Origin: Nitrospirales bacterium | GTDB lineage: Bacteria; Nitrospirota; Nitrospiria; Nitrospirales; UBA8639 | DNA length: 64,000 nt | Assembly (NCBI GenBank): GCA_965203295.1 | Contig: CBDBCZ010000018.1 | Coordinates: 384,001 to 448,000 of the forward strand | Direction: 5' to 3' | Shown here: piece after piece, positions 47,720 through 60,500 of the stretch | How the letters are laid out: each line of letters begins with the position of its first letter | How positions within the stretch are numbered: the first letter of the stretch is position 1 | Position numbers and translations under genes: made by a program | The notes under the pieces: generated by a model | Databases searched by the model: none | Seen by the model: the letters and a program-made list of their open reading frames with translations, nothing else | Told to the model about the DNA's origin: nothing

Positions 47720-48560
47720 GGTAGCAAGCCGTCTCACCTTCGAATTCACGTGATTCTCCTCATGAATAATTAATGAGAGAACGTCACTCACGTGGAGCTA
47801 ATTAGATTCATTGATATGCTTGCATTTTTCCCATGGTGGCAACCGGAATCAACAGAAAGGGTGTGTCACTTTGATGTGGATGGCGGCTCTTTCATGTGCG
47901 ATATCGGCACTTTGATGTGGTTGAGCGGTACTCTGATGTTGGCTTTCAACTTTTTTGTCACAAAAGAAAATATGACGTACAATTGCGAGTAGACTGACAG
48001 AATAGCTAGCTAGTGTGTTGCAGAAAGTTTGACCTTTCGGGTCTGTAGGTCCCGTCTTTTTTTCTTAATTAGCTGTATTTGGCTAGTTGTGTGAAAATCT
48101 GTGGAGATTTATAGAGAGAGCTTTGGTGGGTGGGTCTTAGAAACCGAGGGGTGAATGAAAAATCCCATCCCAAAAGTTTTTGTGAGTAGATTGAAGTTTG
48201 TAAGCCAGGGCTCGAAATTTGTCAGGTGAAAGTGGGCGGTGGCGATTTTTTTTTGGAAAGTCAGGATGGCAAAAATGAGGGTTTGGGGGTGGTTGGATGC
48301 ATTCAGGGCTGTAAAACTGGCTTTGCAGCATTCCTGTAATAAAGCATCCCTACATTCGTAGCCTGTCCTCTGTAGGTATTATTGATGTCGTCAGACTGTG
48401 GGTGGGGCTCTAGCAGGTTGCGAAATTTTTCGTTTTATTAAGCAACCCGAAATTGCTTTTTTGTGGATTTAGCAGGTGTGGTTAGATGCAAATTTTATGT
48501 CAATTCGAGGTAGTATATCATGTTCTCAACAAAGCTATCCAGGTGAGGCTGCTTCCTACC
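47720..48560. mobile_element. Non-autonomous Kolobok-like element
   Basis: TTAA-GGTAGCAAGCCGTCTCACCT ... AGGTGAGGCTGCTTCCTACC-TTAA; TIR matches 17/20. Confidence 0.85.
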
Positions 48561-48564
48561 TTAA

Positions 48565-49122
48565 CACTTACAATGCGGAGGACCAATATATTGGCCTGCT
48601 AAGTATACTTGCGCAATAAATATATTGGCCGCTTGGCGCTATTGGCTTCAATATCTATATTAGGTTTTGATAAGCGCTGATTATGAGTACTGAGTTCCTC
48701 TATCTGTAATCAGGTTTTGTTGACGTAGGTTCTAAACCACAAAGCACTACAACCAGAAGTATGGACGGACACAATATTGTAGCCATGGCTGCCGATCGAG
48801 ACAAGCCCCCAGAACGGTGTGTGGATGCCACTACTGTTGTTTCACGCTGCTTGTGTGGCTGCTTAAGATTCTCTGGACTACATCTGTATCTTTTTTCATT
48901 GCCTCAGTCCTTAGCAGGGCACTGGATTGCTAGTAAGAATGAACTGCCTATTGTAGCCAGCTTTTTCCAACTCGGTCAAGCTTTGTCGGTTAATCAAGTC
49001 CAACCAAGCATATAGAATAGTTTCTAGCATTCTATAAGCTGGTTTATCGAATATTCAATTTAGTTTTAATTAAATTCCGCGCACACGTAAGGTTACGCCA
49101 TAAAAAGGACGCGGGCAAAGTG
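48565..49122 (+). mobile_element. TTAA MITE family with CACTT ends (older, more diverged copy)
   Basis: TTAA-CACTTACAATGCG ... CGCGGGCAAAGTG-TTAA; homologous to 57913-58529 and 61693-62324. Confidence 0.88.
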
Positions 49123-50291
49123 TTAAAACGTATAATATTGAATATCTTCATGCTAGTCATCATGCAGTAGTCTTACCTGCTCAATTTTATAACTGTACAG
49201 GAGGAAGATTAGAAGAAAACCAGTGTTGTTAGTGAGTAGCTCCAGAACATGCGCTCTTCATAGTTCTCGCTAATTGAGCACGTGCGCATGCTTAAGGGGA
49301 ACCCTCCTTCTGTAGCTCATTACGCGTCTCGTCTGAATGTGCATAACTTTTACTTAGGGTTACCGGTGACAAAATTGTATTTTTTTGGCTTGCAATGGCC
49401 AGCAGGTACAAATGCCGATAAATCTTGTCATGAGCGTATTTATTTCCCATTATGCTTTCCAAAAAGACTGTTTAAGGTAGTATTGGTGTAATAAACAACA
49501 CAGGTAGACTTGCCTGAAAGAATGTAGGTGCACAGTTTGCATTGTCTGCTGACTTACCATCAGCAAGGGTAAGTCAGCAGGAGTCTGACCATCGTCCATA
49601 GCAGTAACCAGATTGTCTTCGTTTCTGCTAGAACAACCACCCTCTTGCTCATCCTCCTCGTCTTGTGAATAGCCATCAAGACTACCATCAGTTCTTCAAG
49701 CTTGCTCCCGCTCAGACTCGAGTCTAACATATACATGGCTTTTCTACTGTAATAGTAGCCTTGCCTCTAGCAGCCATGATGAGCGAAGCAACAACCAAGG
49801 GGAACCAAGCAACTGACCAAACAAGCATGATCCTCTCTGGCTTTTTTGTGCTGCTACAAGGAGATAATGATGTCTTAAAATGAAGCGCTGTGATTGGTCA
49901 AAATGGTGTTAGATCATTCTGGCTCGGAACTGAACGGCCTCGCATTATAATAGCAGAAGTAGATAGGCGTGTATTAGAATAACCATTTTAAGATCAACAG
50001 CTCATAGTTAGCAAGTGAATATTGCTTTAGATACAGCAACACAAAAACACAAAAACACAATATAATACATTCCGCGAAAATTGTGGGTTAGACCACTATG
50101 GTTCTCAGCCCTTCATTTGTAACTTTGAGGCATATTAGGAAAGGTCCTAAATTCTCGCTGGTTGTGAAGTTTTGAACTTCAAAACATTTCATTTCATGCT
50201 TTCATGTTTTGTATTTGTACAGTGTGGAAGGCAGAAAGTCTGTTTCTGGTTTCGAATTGAACATTTTCCTGCTAGCTGCAAAAAACGGGTA

Positions 50292-50620
50292 CAGTGGAAC
50301 CTCCGATAGCGGACCCCCCGAATAGCGGATTCATTCCATATAGCGGATGTTACCTCGGGTACGAAAACTTTTTGCCGTTAACACTGTATGTTAACTCCCT
50401 CCCAATAGCGGACAACTTCTGAATTCCGGATAGCGACCGCTCCACACCGTCTGCAATCGCTATTACTGTACAAAATTTACCTCTGTATAGCGACTAAAAT
50501 TCTGAATAACGCACACTATAATACATTGATAATTATCGCTTCCGCGTAATGTTACAGTTCTAAGCTATTACGTGCAGTACTGTGATTAGGTTGCTCGAGT
50601 ACTATCTGTGCTAGCACATT
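50292..50620. mobile_element. Truncated pogo/Tigger-like TIR element end
   Basis: TA-CAGTGGAACCTCCGATAGCGGAC with repeated atagcgga motifs. It is inserted at a TA that is empty at 24844, and the other end was not found. Confidence 0.65.
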
Positions 50621-52779
50621 GTTCAGTGTGGGGGTGGGGAGTGTGGGCCAGGTAGGCTATTTCTTGAGAGCCGTCACCATACTCGACCCACCCCCAAAAC
50701 TACTGGGAAAAAAAAAAGAATATGAGCAAAGAATATGAGCAATTGTCCAGTCCAGGTGATTCAGGTGCTGATATGTAGGTGGGATATAGTGGTGGAGTGT
50801 GGCTATTTCTTTAGAGCCTTCACCACACTTGACCCACCCGCAAAACTACAGAGAAAAAAACAATAAACAGATATGAAGAATTGTCCAATCCATGGCCAGG
50901 TGATGTTCCATCCTGATATATATATAGGTGGGATATGGTGGTGGGGGTGGGGTGTGGCTATTTCTTGAGAGCCTTCACCACACTTGACCCACCCCCAAAC
51001 TAGATAAAAAAAGAATTGTCTGATCAAAGTGCATGATGGAGTGCTGAGGTGCATAAAGGAGTGCTGTGTTCTCGGTTGTGTTTACTGTTGTGGTACAGGT
51101 TTGGTCATGATTTGAAGGACAGCCGTAAAGAATTGTGGCTGGGAAGGCTATTTCTCGAGCCTCCACCACACTCGACCCACCCCCAAAACTACAAAAAAAA
51201 AGAGAAAAGAATATGAGCAAATATGAGCAATTGGCCATGGGTGATCCAGGTGCTGATACATAAGGTGCAATAATAGTGGTGGGGGTGGGGAGTGTTGGCC
51301 GGGAAGGCTATATCTCGAGCCTCCACCACACTCGACCCACCCCAAAACTACAAAAAAAAAAAGAATTGTCCAATCAAAAGGTCCGTGGAGTGCTGAGGTG
51401 CATAAAAGAAGCGGTTGTTTTTACTGTTGTGGTATACATACCGGTTTAGTCATGACTTGAAGGACGGCATGTTCCACTAATATTTGTGGCACCTGTAACG
51501 AGAAGGAATAATAATAGTGAATGTCTTCTTGCACAATTTTGGCGAACACTACAAACAAGAAAAGTGAATTCTATAATATGAATTGGAATCTGGGAGAAGC
51601 CCAGTCCAGTAAACAAATTGGCTGTTCTATAGCTATATTGCATGCATGTGAAGTACGTCATGCCACTTAAAAACTCCTTTGTGTTCATGCAGAACAAGAG
51701 AAATTGTGCATATATATGCAGTGAAGCGACAATTTCATAGAAGTTAGTCGATTTGGCAGCTTCTATATACTAGACCAGAGACATGCAAAAGAAATAGCAG
51801 AGTACTTTGTACGCTCATGCTAGGTGATGGTATATCGCTATAGCATTACTACACTCCACTTACGAGGTCGCGATCGTCCGGCTGTTGTTCACTTGAAAAT
51901 TTTGAGACATGGATCAGAGAAACAGATGTACGATTAGCATATGGGGATAAGTACAATGCACATCGACGTGGTTAGCCTAGCATAGCAGTTATATCTCTGC
52001 TTGGCTTTCACTTTCAGAACCATACCGCAACTAACCTTTGTGTTAAAGTGCCTGAGTCTTGTAGTCACTGGAAAGAGCTAGCATCTTCTCGAACCTGCCA
52101 AACCTGCGCCTGCACCTCCATCCTGGCCCTGCTAGCCGGCAGCTGCATCGGCGCCTTGGTTGGCGGCGCCTACGCCCGTGTCTGCAGTGAAAAGTAGAGT
52201 AGCGTAAGCTATTGAATGTCGACCACGTTGTGAACTTTCTGTTAAGGGTTCAATCTCGCGCTGCCCAGCACTCAACATTTCAAACCAAGTTATAATGCTA
52301 TCATACCATGGCTGTACACCGTTCTAATGTTAGTCAGTGAGTTCAATTCTTTGATCAATGGTCGACTAGCGGTACGTATGATGTTCACCACATGTATACA
52401 TTTGCAATTTCTAGGTGACATTCTTTTACGGTCTTCCTGTATATTTGAGAAAGTTATTTCACCGAAACTGTGACCGGGAGTGGCATGAAGGTTAGATTAC
52501 GTAAGTTAAATACTACGCTTCTGCGTATATTATATACTGCCGACCGTGACGGTCGCCAATAGGTGACGTATAAACTAAGTATTGTTTATATTGTAGCGTT
52601 TGACGTTAGGAGGTGGTCGAGAAACGGTGGTTTACGCTATATAGCTATAGTGCCAAACATGCATGGAGGAAGAGACAATTTGGCAGTGCGAAATTCTGCC
52701 TTCTATCTGAAAAAAGAGTATTATTATTTATAGTGCAAACGTGGAGGGAGATAGGTCATTTCACAGTGATTATGCGAAA

Positions 52780-55034
52780 TTCTGCAGAACTCCAAAACTT
52801 AAACCAATGAAAAGAAAAGTATTTATAGTCATCAGTAGTGGTTCCTTTAATGGCAAAGTAGTTCGAATCGCACTGGATCTGGGCAGCACAAGTGATATAA
52901 GTCAAAGCAATGTTCTTTTGATTTGTGGTTTGTTGTTTGTAAGACTTTACCAGGCTTTCATACACATAGCACCAGTAATTGTCTGGGGTGCCTGATATCT
53001 TCTGGCAGGTGCAGTGCATATTCTAGTTCTCTGTACATGCAGAGTCGCTATACAACTCCTCATGCACGATTGCATGTTTCCACAGCAACTTACTGAGGTA
53101 GTTGATGTGTTCTGTTGCCATCCACAGTAGCGTAGGTAGTGAGAATACACTATGCTGTACATTCTCATGAGTATCATGAAACAAGCGTACACTTGTTTTG
53201 GAACAATGCCTGCCAGAACCACAGGAGCAACAATAGCAAACTTGTTGAACTCCTCTGCCTTCCAGTTCCCCAGTTTGCTGCTACTGGATGACTTGGGATT
53301 TACTAAGGACACTGCCATCACGGGGATTGCGGTTCTTCATTAGAACCCATACTAGCAAAGATAAGGTGCTCAAACTCTCGTAAGATGAGGTTAAGTACGA
53401 TTGTATGCATGGCATCGATCACAAGATCTTGGATGGGATCAAAACCATACAAGTCGTACAGCTGATAGAACACGGATTCTCCATTAACCCCACACTCTAG
53501 AGAGATAACACTCTGCTGCTTTCTCGTTGGAGCATTATCCACTACTCTCCCATCAGCACTGTTATTTTTGGCTGTCCTGGGTTCACCTGGGTGGTAAAAT
53601 CGTCTGTGAAAATCACCATAATAATAATGTTTCCGGCTTGCTATGTAAGTTCCTTCAACTCCACAACGCCTGCAGCCATACTTACCTCCAGCCTTTGTCA
53701 ACCCGAGTTCTGCATGTGCCTTCGAGTCAGCAGCTGCTAACAGCACCAAAGCTCGTAGAGTTGGGAAGTCATCCGGAGGAGAAAAATCCGGGACTTCTCT
53801 TAAACACTTCCTAACCATTAATGTACAATTCCTCAATTTCGTCAATAAGTGGTTTCAAGAAGCTGTCGTATTTGTGTGGCAGACTGTTCACAGGAACAAA
53901 AGAATACATTGAGGCATTCTCACACATTGCCCTATCTGCTTTAGTAAAACATGCTGGTGAAATGGTCAGTGATGCAATAGAATTGCGGCTGGAGGTGTTG
54001 TTGGGGTTCCAACCATCAAGTGTGCGATGATGGCCTGATTTCGTGGATCACCCGTCATCCACTCAGGCGTGAATGTAAATTTTTACGCACAAGTACACAC
54101 CATGGTGATTGGCGACTGAGGGCTGGTGCGATCAATCACATCATTTATGTTGCTTGCTGGGACTACTGTATCGCAGGATGGGCACTTGTATGGGAGCAAG
54201 GTCTCTTTAGCTCTTCTCGAAATCCAGACCCATGCCACAGCTCACTATAGCAAGGGAGCTCACCTAACTTCTTCAGCCACTCCTCCTTGCACTTCCAGTG
54301 AGCCTTTCTCTTTTTGCAGTAGCTGTCTGTTTGAAACCAGTCCTCAAACCTCCACCCAAGAACATAGTAATCTATGCATGTGTCCCAAGCCCTACTACAG
54401 ATGGGACAGTGAGGGTTCCTTCTGCGGTCTTTAAGGAGAAAGCTGTGCCCATCCTCACCAATGCACACTTTATAGTGCTTGGGGTCTCTGTACCCTAAAG
54501 ACTTGAGCAGACGAAGGACAGCCTGATAGCTTTGGATCAGCCTATCTTCTCCTAATCGTTTAGTGGCATTCTTCGGGTGCTCCTCTAATTGGCTTTGGGA
54601 GTAGCCAAACTTTGCCTTCGTCAGAAGCTCCCTTAAGACAAAGTTGGTGAGTTGCTCTTCTGAGCATGAGAGACGACCTGAAGCATGGTCAGAGGTGTAG
54701 GCTGTGGAAGTTGATGTAAAGGAACCAACTGAAGCAGGGCTAGGATTAGTCTCGGGCTCCACTTCAGCAGAGTTTGACATGAAGCAATCCGTGGTAAAGA
54801 GGCTAGTGGAGGTAGAGGTGCCTAAGGGTGGGGGGTTAAGGTATCACCTACGCCAGTGGCTGAGAAACTGGTGGAGATACTGCTAGAAGCCACGTCAGCA
54901 CTGAGATCATTATTTGCTGCAGATTTCAGCAGGGTCCTGTGTGCCAATACAGTGCTGTAGCAACGCTCTGCACACTGGCATAGACTGCAAAAACAGGGCT
55001 CCCTTCTGGAGCGCTTAGTTGGAGGGGTATCCAT
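52780..55034 (-). pseudogene. CACTA-type transposase family B, most complete copy
   Basis: N-terminal CFCSLC..H, CPIC, LDGWNP...FLKPLIDEIEELY, AADSKA..GCRRC, IDAMH, WKAEE and NYWCYVYE; broken by frameshifts. Confidence 0.82.
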
Positions 55035-55929
55035 TCTATGATAAGGAGAAAAAAATTCTGTTTCAAAAACTTCAATTGGAAAACTTACTAGTACTTTCTG
55101 TAGCAACATCAAGTGAATTAACTGTTTGATAAGTGTAAAAAAGTGCAAAAACAAGACGTGTAGGAATGCACTTCCACCAAAGAACACTTCCTCACCACCA
55201 AAGAACACTTCCTCAAAAACCAGTGAAACAGGCGACCCTGCACACCATAATGCATGCACCGACTACCCATACATTTACCGCGTAGCTACCATCCCTATAT
55301 CTTTCCAACTGCACCCACCACAATCTATACCAAGCCCCCACACTCAACTGCACACCCAATACTTCCCTCAACACACAACAATCAACAACTATCATCATCA
55401 ATCATGACACCTCGTCTCCATCCAACCACCTTTGTATCCTTATCCACAATCATTGAATACTTCACAAAACACAACACCACACACTACTAACAACCAACCC
55501 AAAATTCCACAGGAACACTACTCCTATCAAAAAAGCACTTGGCTCCTTAAATCCCACATTCACAACCATAAACCAAGGCCAAGCAGAGCAATTCCTCACA
55601 GCTCCACACTGCCACTATTTCAATGTTTCAATAGGAAATTACATTTCTTACTGAAAGTAAAGTGCAACGGCATATAAATGAGTACAACTTACAACATAAT
55701 TGATATGCATTGCATAAGATGGGCGAATCGTTATACCAGTAACATTACTAACAACCAACCCAAAATTCCACAGGAACACTACTCCTATCAAAAAAGCACT
55801 TGGCTCCATATATCCCACATTCACAACCATAAACCAAGGCCAAGCGGAGCAATTCCTCACAGCTCCACACTGCCACTATTTCAATGTTTCAATGGGAAAT
55901 TACATATCTTACTGAAAGTAAAGTGCAAC

Positions 55930-56400
55930 GGCATATAAATGAGTACAACTTACAACAAAATTGATATGCATTGCATAAGATGGGCAAATCGTTATACCAG
56001 TAACACTGCAGTGTGGTAAAGTAATTTCCCTCCACTTTCCTACGTATATTCCTAGGGCTTTACAAAAAAAAACCGAATGATATTTGAATGGCACACAATG
56101 ATGTTTGTGACCGGACTCTGTCCTGCAGGTACAAAGTATTTTAAACATACGCCCAAATCGTTCCATGTTATGGGTTTTCTCTGGATCTCCTTCCTGTAAG
56201 CATTTGTCTTCCTCCAGAGGAACATTAGAGTATTTCTCATGAATGATAGCAGCAGTTTGTTTTGCCCAGACAATGGCTGACATTATTAGTTTTTGTAACT
56301 GGGTGTATTTGGGAGCCTGGTAGAAGTAGTCGCCATGTCTAATAAAAAGTAGGACACGTGGTGACACTTCTGAAGGTTCACCTACTTGGACTGGAAGGGT
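55930..56400 (-). pseudogene. PGAM5-like histidine phosphatase fragment
   Basis: LLFIRHG, AKQTAAII, DKCLQEG, IIVCHSNIIRFF..KAL and LPHCSVTGITI.PS; frameshifted and internally deleted. Confidence 0.7.
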
Positions 56401-56779
56401 ACATGTAGCTGTAGCTCTATGTACACCAGATTTTCGTGCAACATGTTTTTTTTGTTGCCTGCTCACTAGTCTGTAAAAGAAATGGGTAGTCCTAAACACA
56501 TATACATGTAGTCTCTTCCCCAGCCCAATAACTACGGTGACTTGCCTGTACATGTGTATGGCTGTGCAATGTTAGTCATCCAGTTTTATGTACATGTACA
56601 ACTTCTTGAAAGTACTATAAAAACCATAATTAGTACTTACAGATGCCTTGTGTTTTCCACACTTCTCGTACTTCCCCTTCTTGAAGATTCTTGTGACCTC
56701 CTGACCACTGCTCTCTGGCTCCTAACGCTTCACAGTACAACTGCTGTCTGCTGTGTTGGGCACCTGACCGCCACTTCCT

Positions 56780-57386
56780 CACATGGTCAGAGGTGTAGGC
56801 AGAGGAAGTTGATGTGAAGGAACCAACTGAAGCAGGGGTAGGATTAGTCTCGGGCTCCACTTCAGCAGAGTTTGACGTGAAGCAATCTGTGGTAAAGAGG
56901 CTAGTGGAGATAGAGGTGGATGAGCCACCTAAGGGAGGGGTTAAGGTATCACCTACGCCAGTGGCTGAGAAACAGCAGATGTTAGAAGCAATGTCAGCGC
57001 TGAGATCATTATTTGCTGCAGATTCCAGCATGGTCCTGTGTACCAATACAGTGCTGTAGCAACACTCTGCACCCTGGCATAGACTGCAAAAACAGGACTC
57101 CCTTCTGGAGCGCTTAGTTGGAGGGAGATCCATTCTATGATAAGGAGAAAATAAAACCTGTTGCAAACATTTCAATTGGAAAACTTACTAGTACTTTCTG
57201 TAGCAACATCATCAAGTGAATTAACTGTTTGATAAGTGTAAAAAAGTGCAAATACAAGACTTGTAGGGATGCACTTCCACCAAAAAACTCTTTCCCAAAA
57301 CCAGTGAAACAAGCGACAGTGCACACCGTAATGCATGCACAGACTACCCACACATTTACCGCGTAGCTACCATCCCTACATCTTTC
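56780..57386 (-). repeat. Duplicate of the CACTA-B 5' region (~54685-55290)
   Basis: MDLPPTKRSRRESCFCSLC and the upstream non-coding module are repeated. Confidence 0.85.
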
Positions 57387-57389
57387 CTG

Positions 57390-59100
57390 GAGGATGATGG
57401 GATACAGGGGGTATAAGGGAAGAGGCTGAGGCAGACTGTAACAAAGTGGAGTGTGAGGGAGATGGGCGTGAGAGGAAGGAGTTTTCGGGGAAGGCGAGGA
57501 CACTCCAAAAAAGAGCGCGAAGGAGAAGCAGCACTAGAACTAGAAGTAGTGGAGGTCATTGTTGCTAAAGAAGGCATGCGAGAAGGGCTGAGTGAAGAAA
57601 TAGGAAGAGGTTGCAGAATACGGACAGGAGAATGAATTAAAGAAGGGGGAAGGTGAGAGAGGACAGAGGCAGAATAATTACAAGTAGTGACAGAAGATGG
57701 TAAAGCAGTAACAATGGAAGAGTGCCGGAAACAGGAGCAGCAGGGGGGGCAGAACCAGGAACAATAGGAGTGGGAAAAACAATAGAAGCCAGGGAAGTTG
57801 AAGTAGTAGTACTAGAGGCAGTGGAGTGGCCTTAAGCGGACTGTACGTAAAGGAACTAGGGGGGGAGGTAAAGGATACTAGAAGTGGATCGAGGAGGGGC
57901 AGAATAGGTTAACACTTTTCCCGCGTCCTTTTTGTGACGTAATCTTATGTGTGTGCGGAATTCAATTAAAACTAAATTGAATATTCGATAAACCAGCTTA
58001 TAGCCGGACACTAGAAACTACTCTATACGCTTAGTTGTACTTGAGAAAGCTTATAGCGACTTCAATCACACATGCTAAAGCTTCAAGAAGCTTCACAAAG
58101 CTTAACAGAGCTGTTAAAAGCGGGCTACAATAGGCGGTTCATACTTACCCGAGTAGTTCCACCAATTTCAAGCGATCCGGTGCCCTGCTAGGGACTGAGG
58201 CGGCGAAAGAGGATACAGATGTAGTCCTGAGAACCTTAGGCAGCCACTCAAGCAGCGTGAAACAACAGTAGTGGCATCCACACGGCGTTTTAGGCGCTTG
58301 TCTCGATCGGCAGCCATGGCTACGTCTTGTGGTCGACCGTATTTCCGGTTGTAGCACTTCGTAGTTTGGAGCTTACGCCAACAAAAGCTGATTATAGACA
58401 GGGGAACTCCCCTGCTGACTATCAGTACTAAAAATCTGAGCTTATCAAAACGTAATACAGACTATTGGCCCTCCGCGCTACGCGCGTATACTTAGCGGGC
58501 CAATATATTGCCCCTTCGCGTTCTAAGTGTTAAGGGCGGGGAGGAAGGGCTAGGTGGAGATATGGTAGAGGAGACAACATTACAGGAAGGAGCAGCAGAA
58601 ATAGAATCAAGCTTGCAGGAGAGGCGGGAGAGATTACATTCCAGAGCAGAAAGCCGGTTACTAAGAGAAGACAAACTGACCACAGAAGATTTCACACAAA
58701 AAGGGCACACAAAAGGGTACGTAGAGGCAAGAGAGACAAGAATTTTAACACATCTACAGTGGCTCAAAGAGTGGCAGACCTCACATTGCAGCATAGTGCC
58801 CTCCTCCTTCGCGGAAGTGCAAACACACTTAACAGATGTGGGCTGGGGCGGGCCGGGGTTGGGCTCGACATCGGCGCAAAGTAGAAGTAGCAACAGGAAG
58901 AGCGTAGAGTGGCGGTAGGTGGAGACGCGAGATGGTACAGATCACCGACTCCTAGATAGACCGTGGCTGCAATGGCGGTAGCGACCAGGGAGCACCGGGG
59001 GAGCCAACAGATGGACAACACTCGGGGGAGAGAACTGGAGACAGCAGAGGGCCGAGAGAGATGTCGGCAGGGCTGACTACACGAACGTAAAAAACGAACA
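57390..59100 (-). mobile_element. LINE 5' region encoding a 2A-like peptide, a PHD finger and a Ser/Pro-rich linker
   Basis: LLLLLCADVEPNPGP (core 58849-58872), then CVC...CEVC..SHCRC...CPFC and a coiled-coil-like stretch; interrupted by a MITE. Confidence 0.7.
57913..58529 (-). mobile_element. TTAA MITE family with CACTT ends (inverted copy)
   Basis: TTAA at 57909 and 58530; reverse complement of 61693-62324. Confidence 0.92.
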
Positions 59101-59139
59101 GGAAAAGTGTCCAACTGACCAGCAACATTGTGCATACTC

Positions 59140-59930
59140 ACTTTATTTTACATATGGCAGTCTTGAATGTGTAACGTAAATACCTTTTCAGCAGGCCTCT
59201 TTTTTGGGGTCGAAGCACAGCAGGTGTCTTCATTTTGACGACCCCTTTTCTCCTTCCGACGCCTTGCCTCCTCAAGAATTGTGACACTCGATTTCTTGAA
59301 TTGGTCATCTCTGGCTTTTTGGAGATCTCTTCCCCTTTTGAACAGTCTTTTTAGCTGCCTGGAAGAAAAACTACTTATTCGTATGGCTTCTTATAAACTC
59401 ACCTTTCCTTTATCCTTCATTTGTTCCATGACGTGCTATACAAAAGAATCAGCAGCATGTAGATAGCACATATTCTTGGTCCCCATCTTTCAACATGAGA
59501 TCTGATGCAACAAACCTCTTGTGCTGAGTTTTCAGCGCAATCCTGATCATCTGTGTCATCTGCGTAGCGGGAGTTCAAAAAATCTTCGCATGCTTTCTTG
59601 TTGCCTGTGTGTAAAAAGGAATAGAAAAATAAAATAAGTGTATTCACAGTTGTATGTTAAAGAAATACATACCCATCATCAACACCTTCGCAGGAAATGG
59701 TTTCCTGTTGTAGAGGACACTGCAGCAGTCACCCTCCCTCAAAGAAGCAGGTGCAGGGTCTTTCACCAGCTTCATGGAAACAACATCCCATCGTTCACCA
59801 TCCTCTTCCCACTGAATACAACAGTACTGGTCTGTAAGGAAGGTAAGACAAAATGCTCAATAGATCTAGGTACCAGTAGGTGTTGTACTGTCATCTTAGC
59901 AAGTAACAAAATGACCTTGCAATGAAGTCA
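59140..59930 (-). pseudogene. Spliced gene fragment, possibly the accessory gene of an EnSpm-type element
   Basis: Exons QYCCIQWEEDGERWDVV...EGDCCSVLYNRKPFPAKVL and GNKKACEDFL with GT-AG introns; divergent from an EnSpm-like start at 60323. Confidence 0.35.
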
Positions 59931-60322
59931 ATGCTGTTAACTTCGGTGCTGTCATAGTCGCAAGAGGGGCTTCAAGATTCGAGATCAGGAACACAGTATT
60001 CAGAACACGGACAACAGGCTCAGAGCAGCTGAAAAAGCGCTAGGAAGTCTCACAACACAGTCTCAAAGGAACACAGTCCACGGGATCAGAGCAGCTGAAA
60101 AGCGCTAGTAGAAGTGAGATGAAATCATGGACACCTTGGCCTGAAACCTGTGTGACCTCTCGTACAATTGACATGACCTCGTGCATGACCTCACATACAA
60201 ACCGCATGACCCCACCTATGTCTTCACGTGATTTCACGCAATTGCCAGTCTTCTGCGAAGACCACTGCTCATAATAGTGTGTCTATTTTGCAATCTCCCG
60301 GTTTTTCTTAAAACCACACCAA

Positions 60323-60500
60323 CATGGATGATGAATAACTCTCTGACTGGTCTTCTATGACCTCGTTGAGCTGTGAGTCTAGTTTTGACCTGAGCTATGA
60401 CGATGTACACCAAGATGTACCACAGCCAGACCTCAGAAATGAGTTACCATTCCAGCAACCTCTCTACGAAGGTGCCAACATTGCTGTCTCTGATAGCTAT
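60323..60500 (+). pseudogene. Possible N-terminus of a further EnSpm-like transposase, cut by a LINE
   Basis: Acidic stretch then QPLYEGANIAVSDSY, resembling the PLY.GA.I motif of animal EnSpm proteins; one in-frame stop. Confidence 0.4.

Noticed and set aside
49550..49790. Possible piggyBac transposase N-terminus (MAARGKATITVEK plus acidic stretch); similar acidic stretch at ~36147-36330
   Set aside because: Only compositional resemblance, with no catalytic motifs and no matching ends for the 49.6-kb piece.
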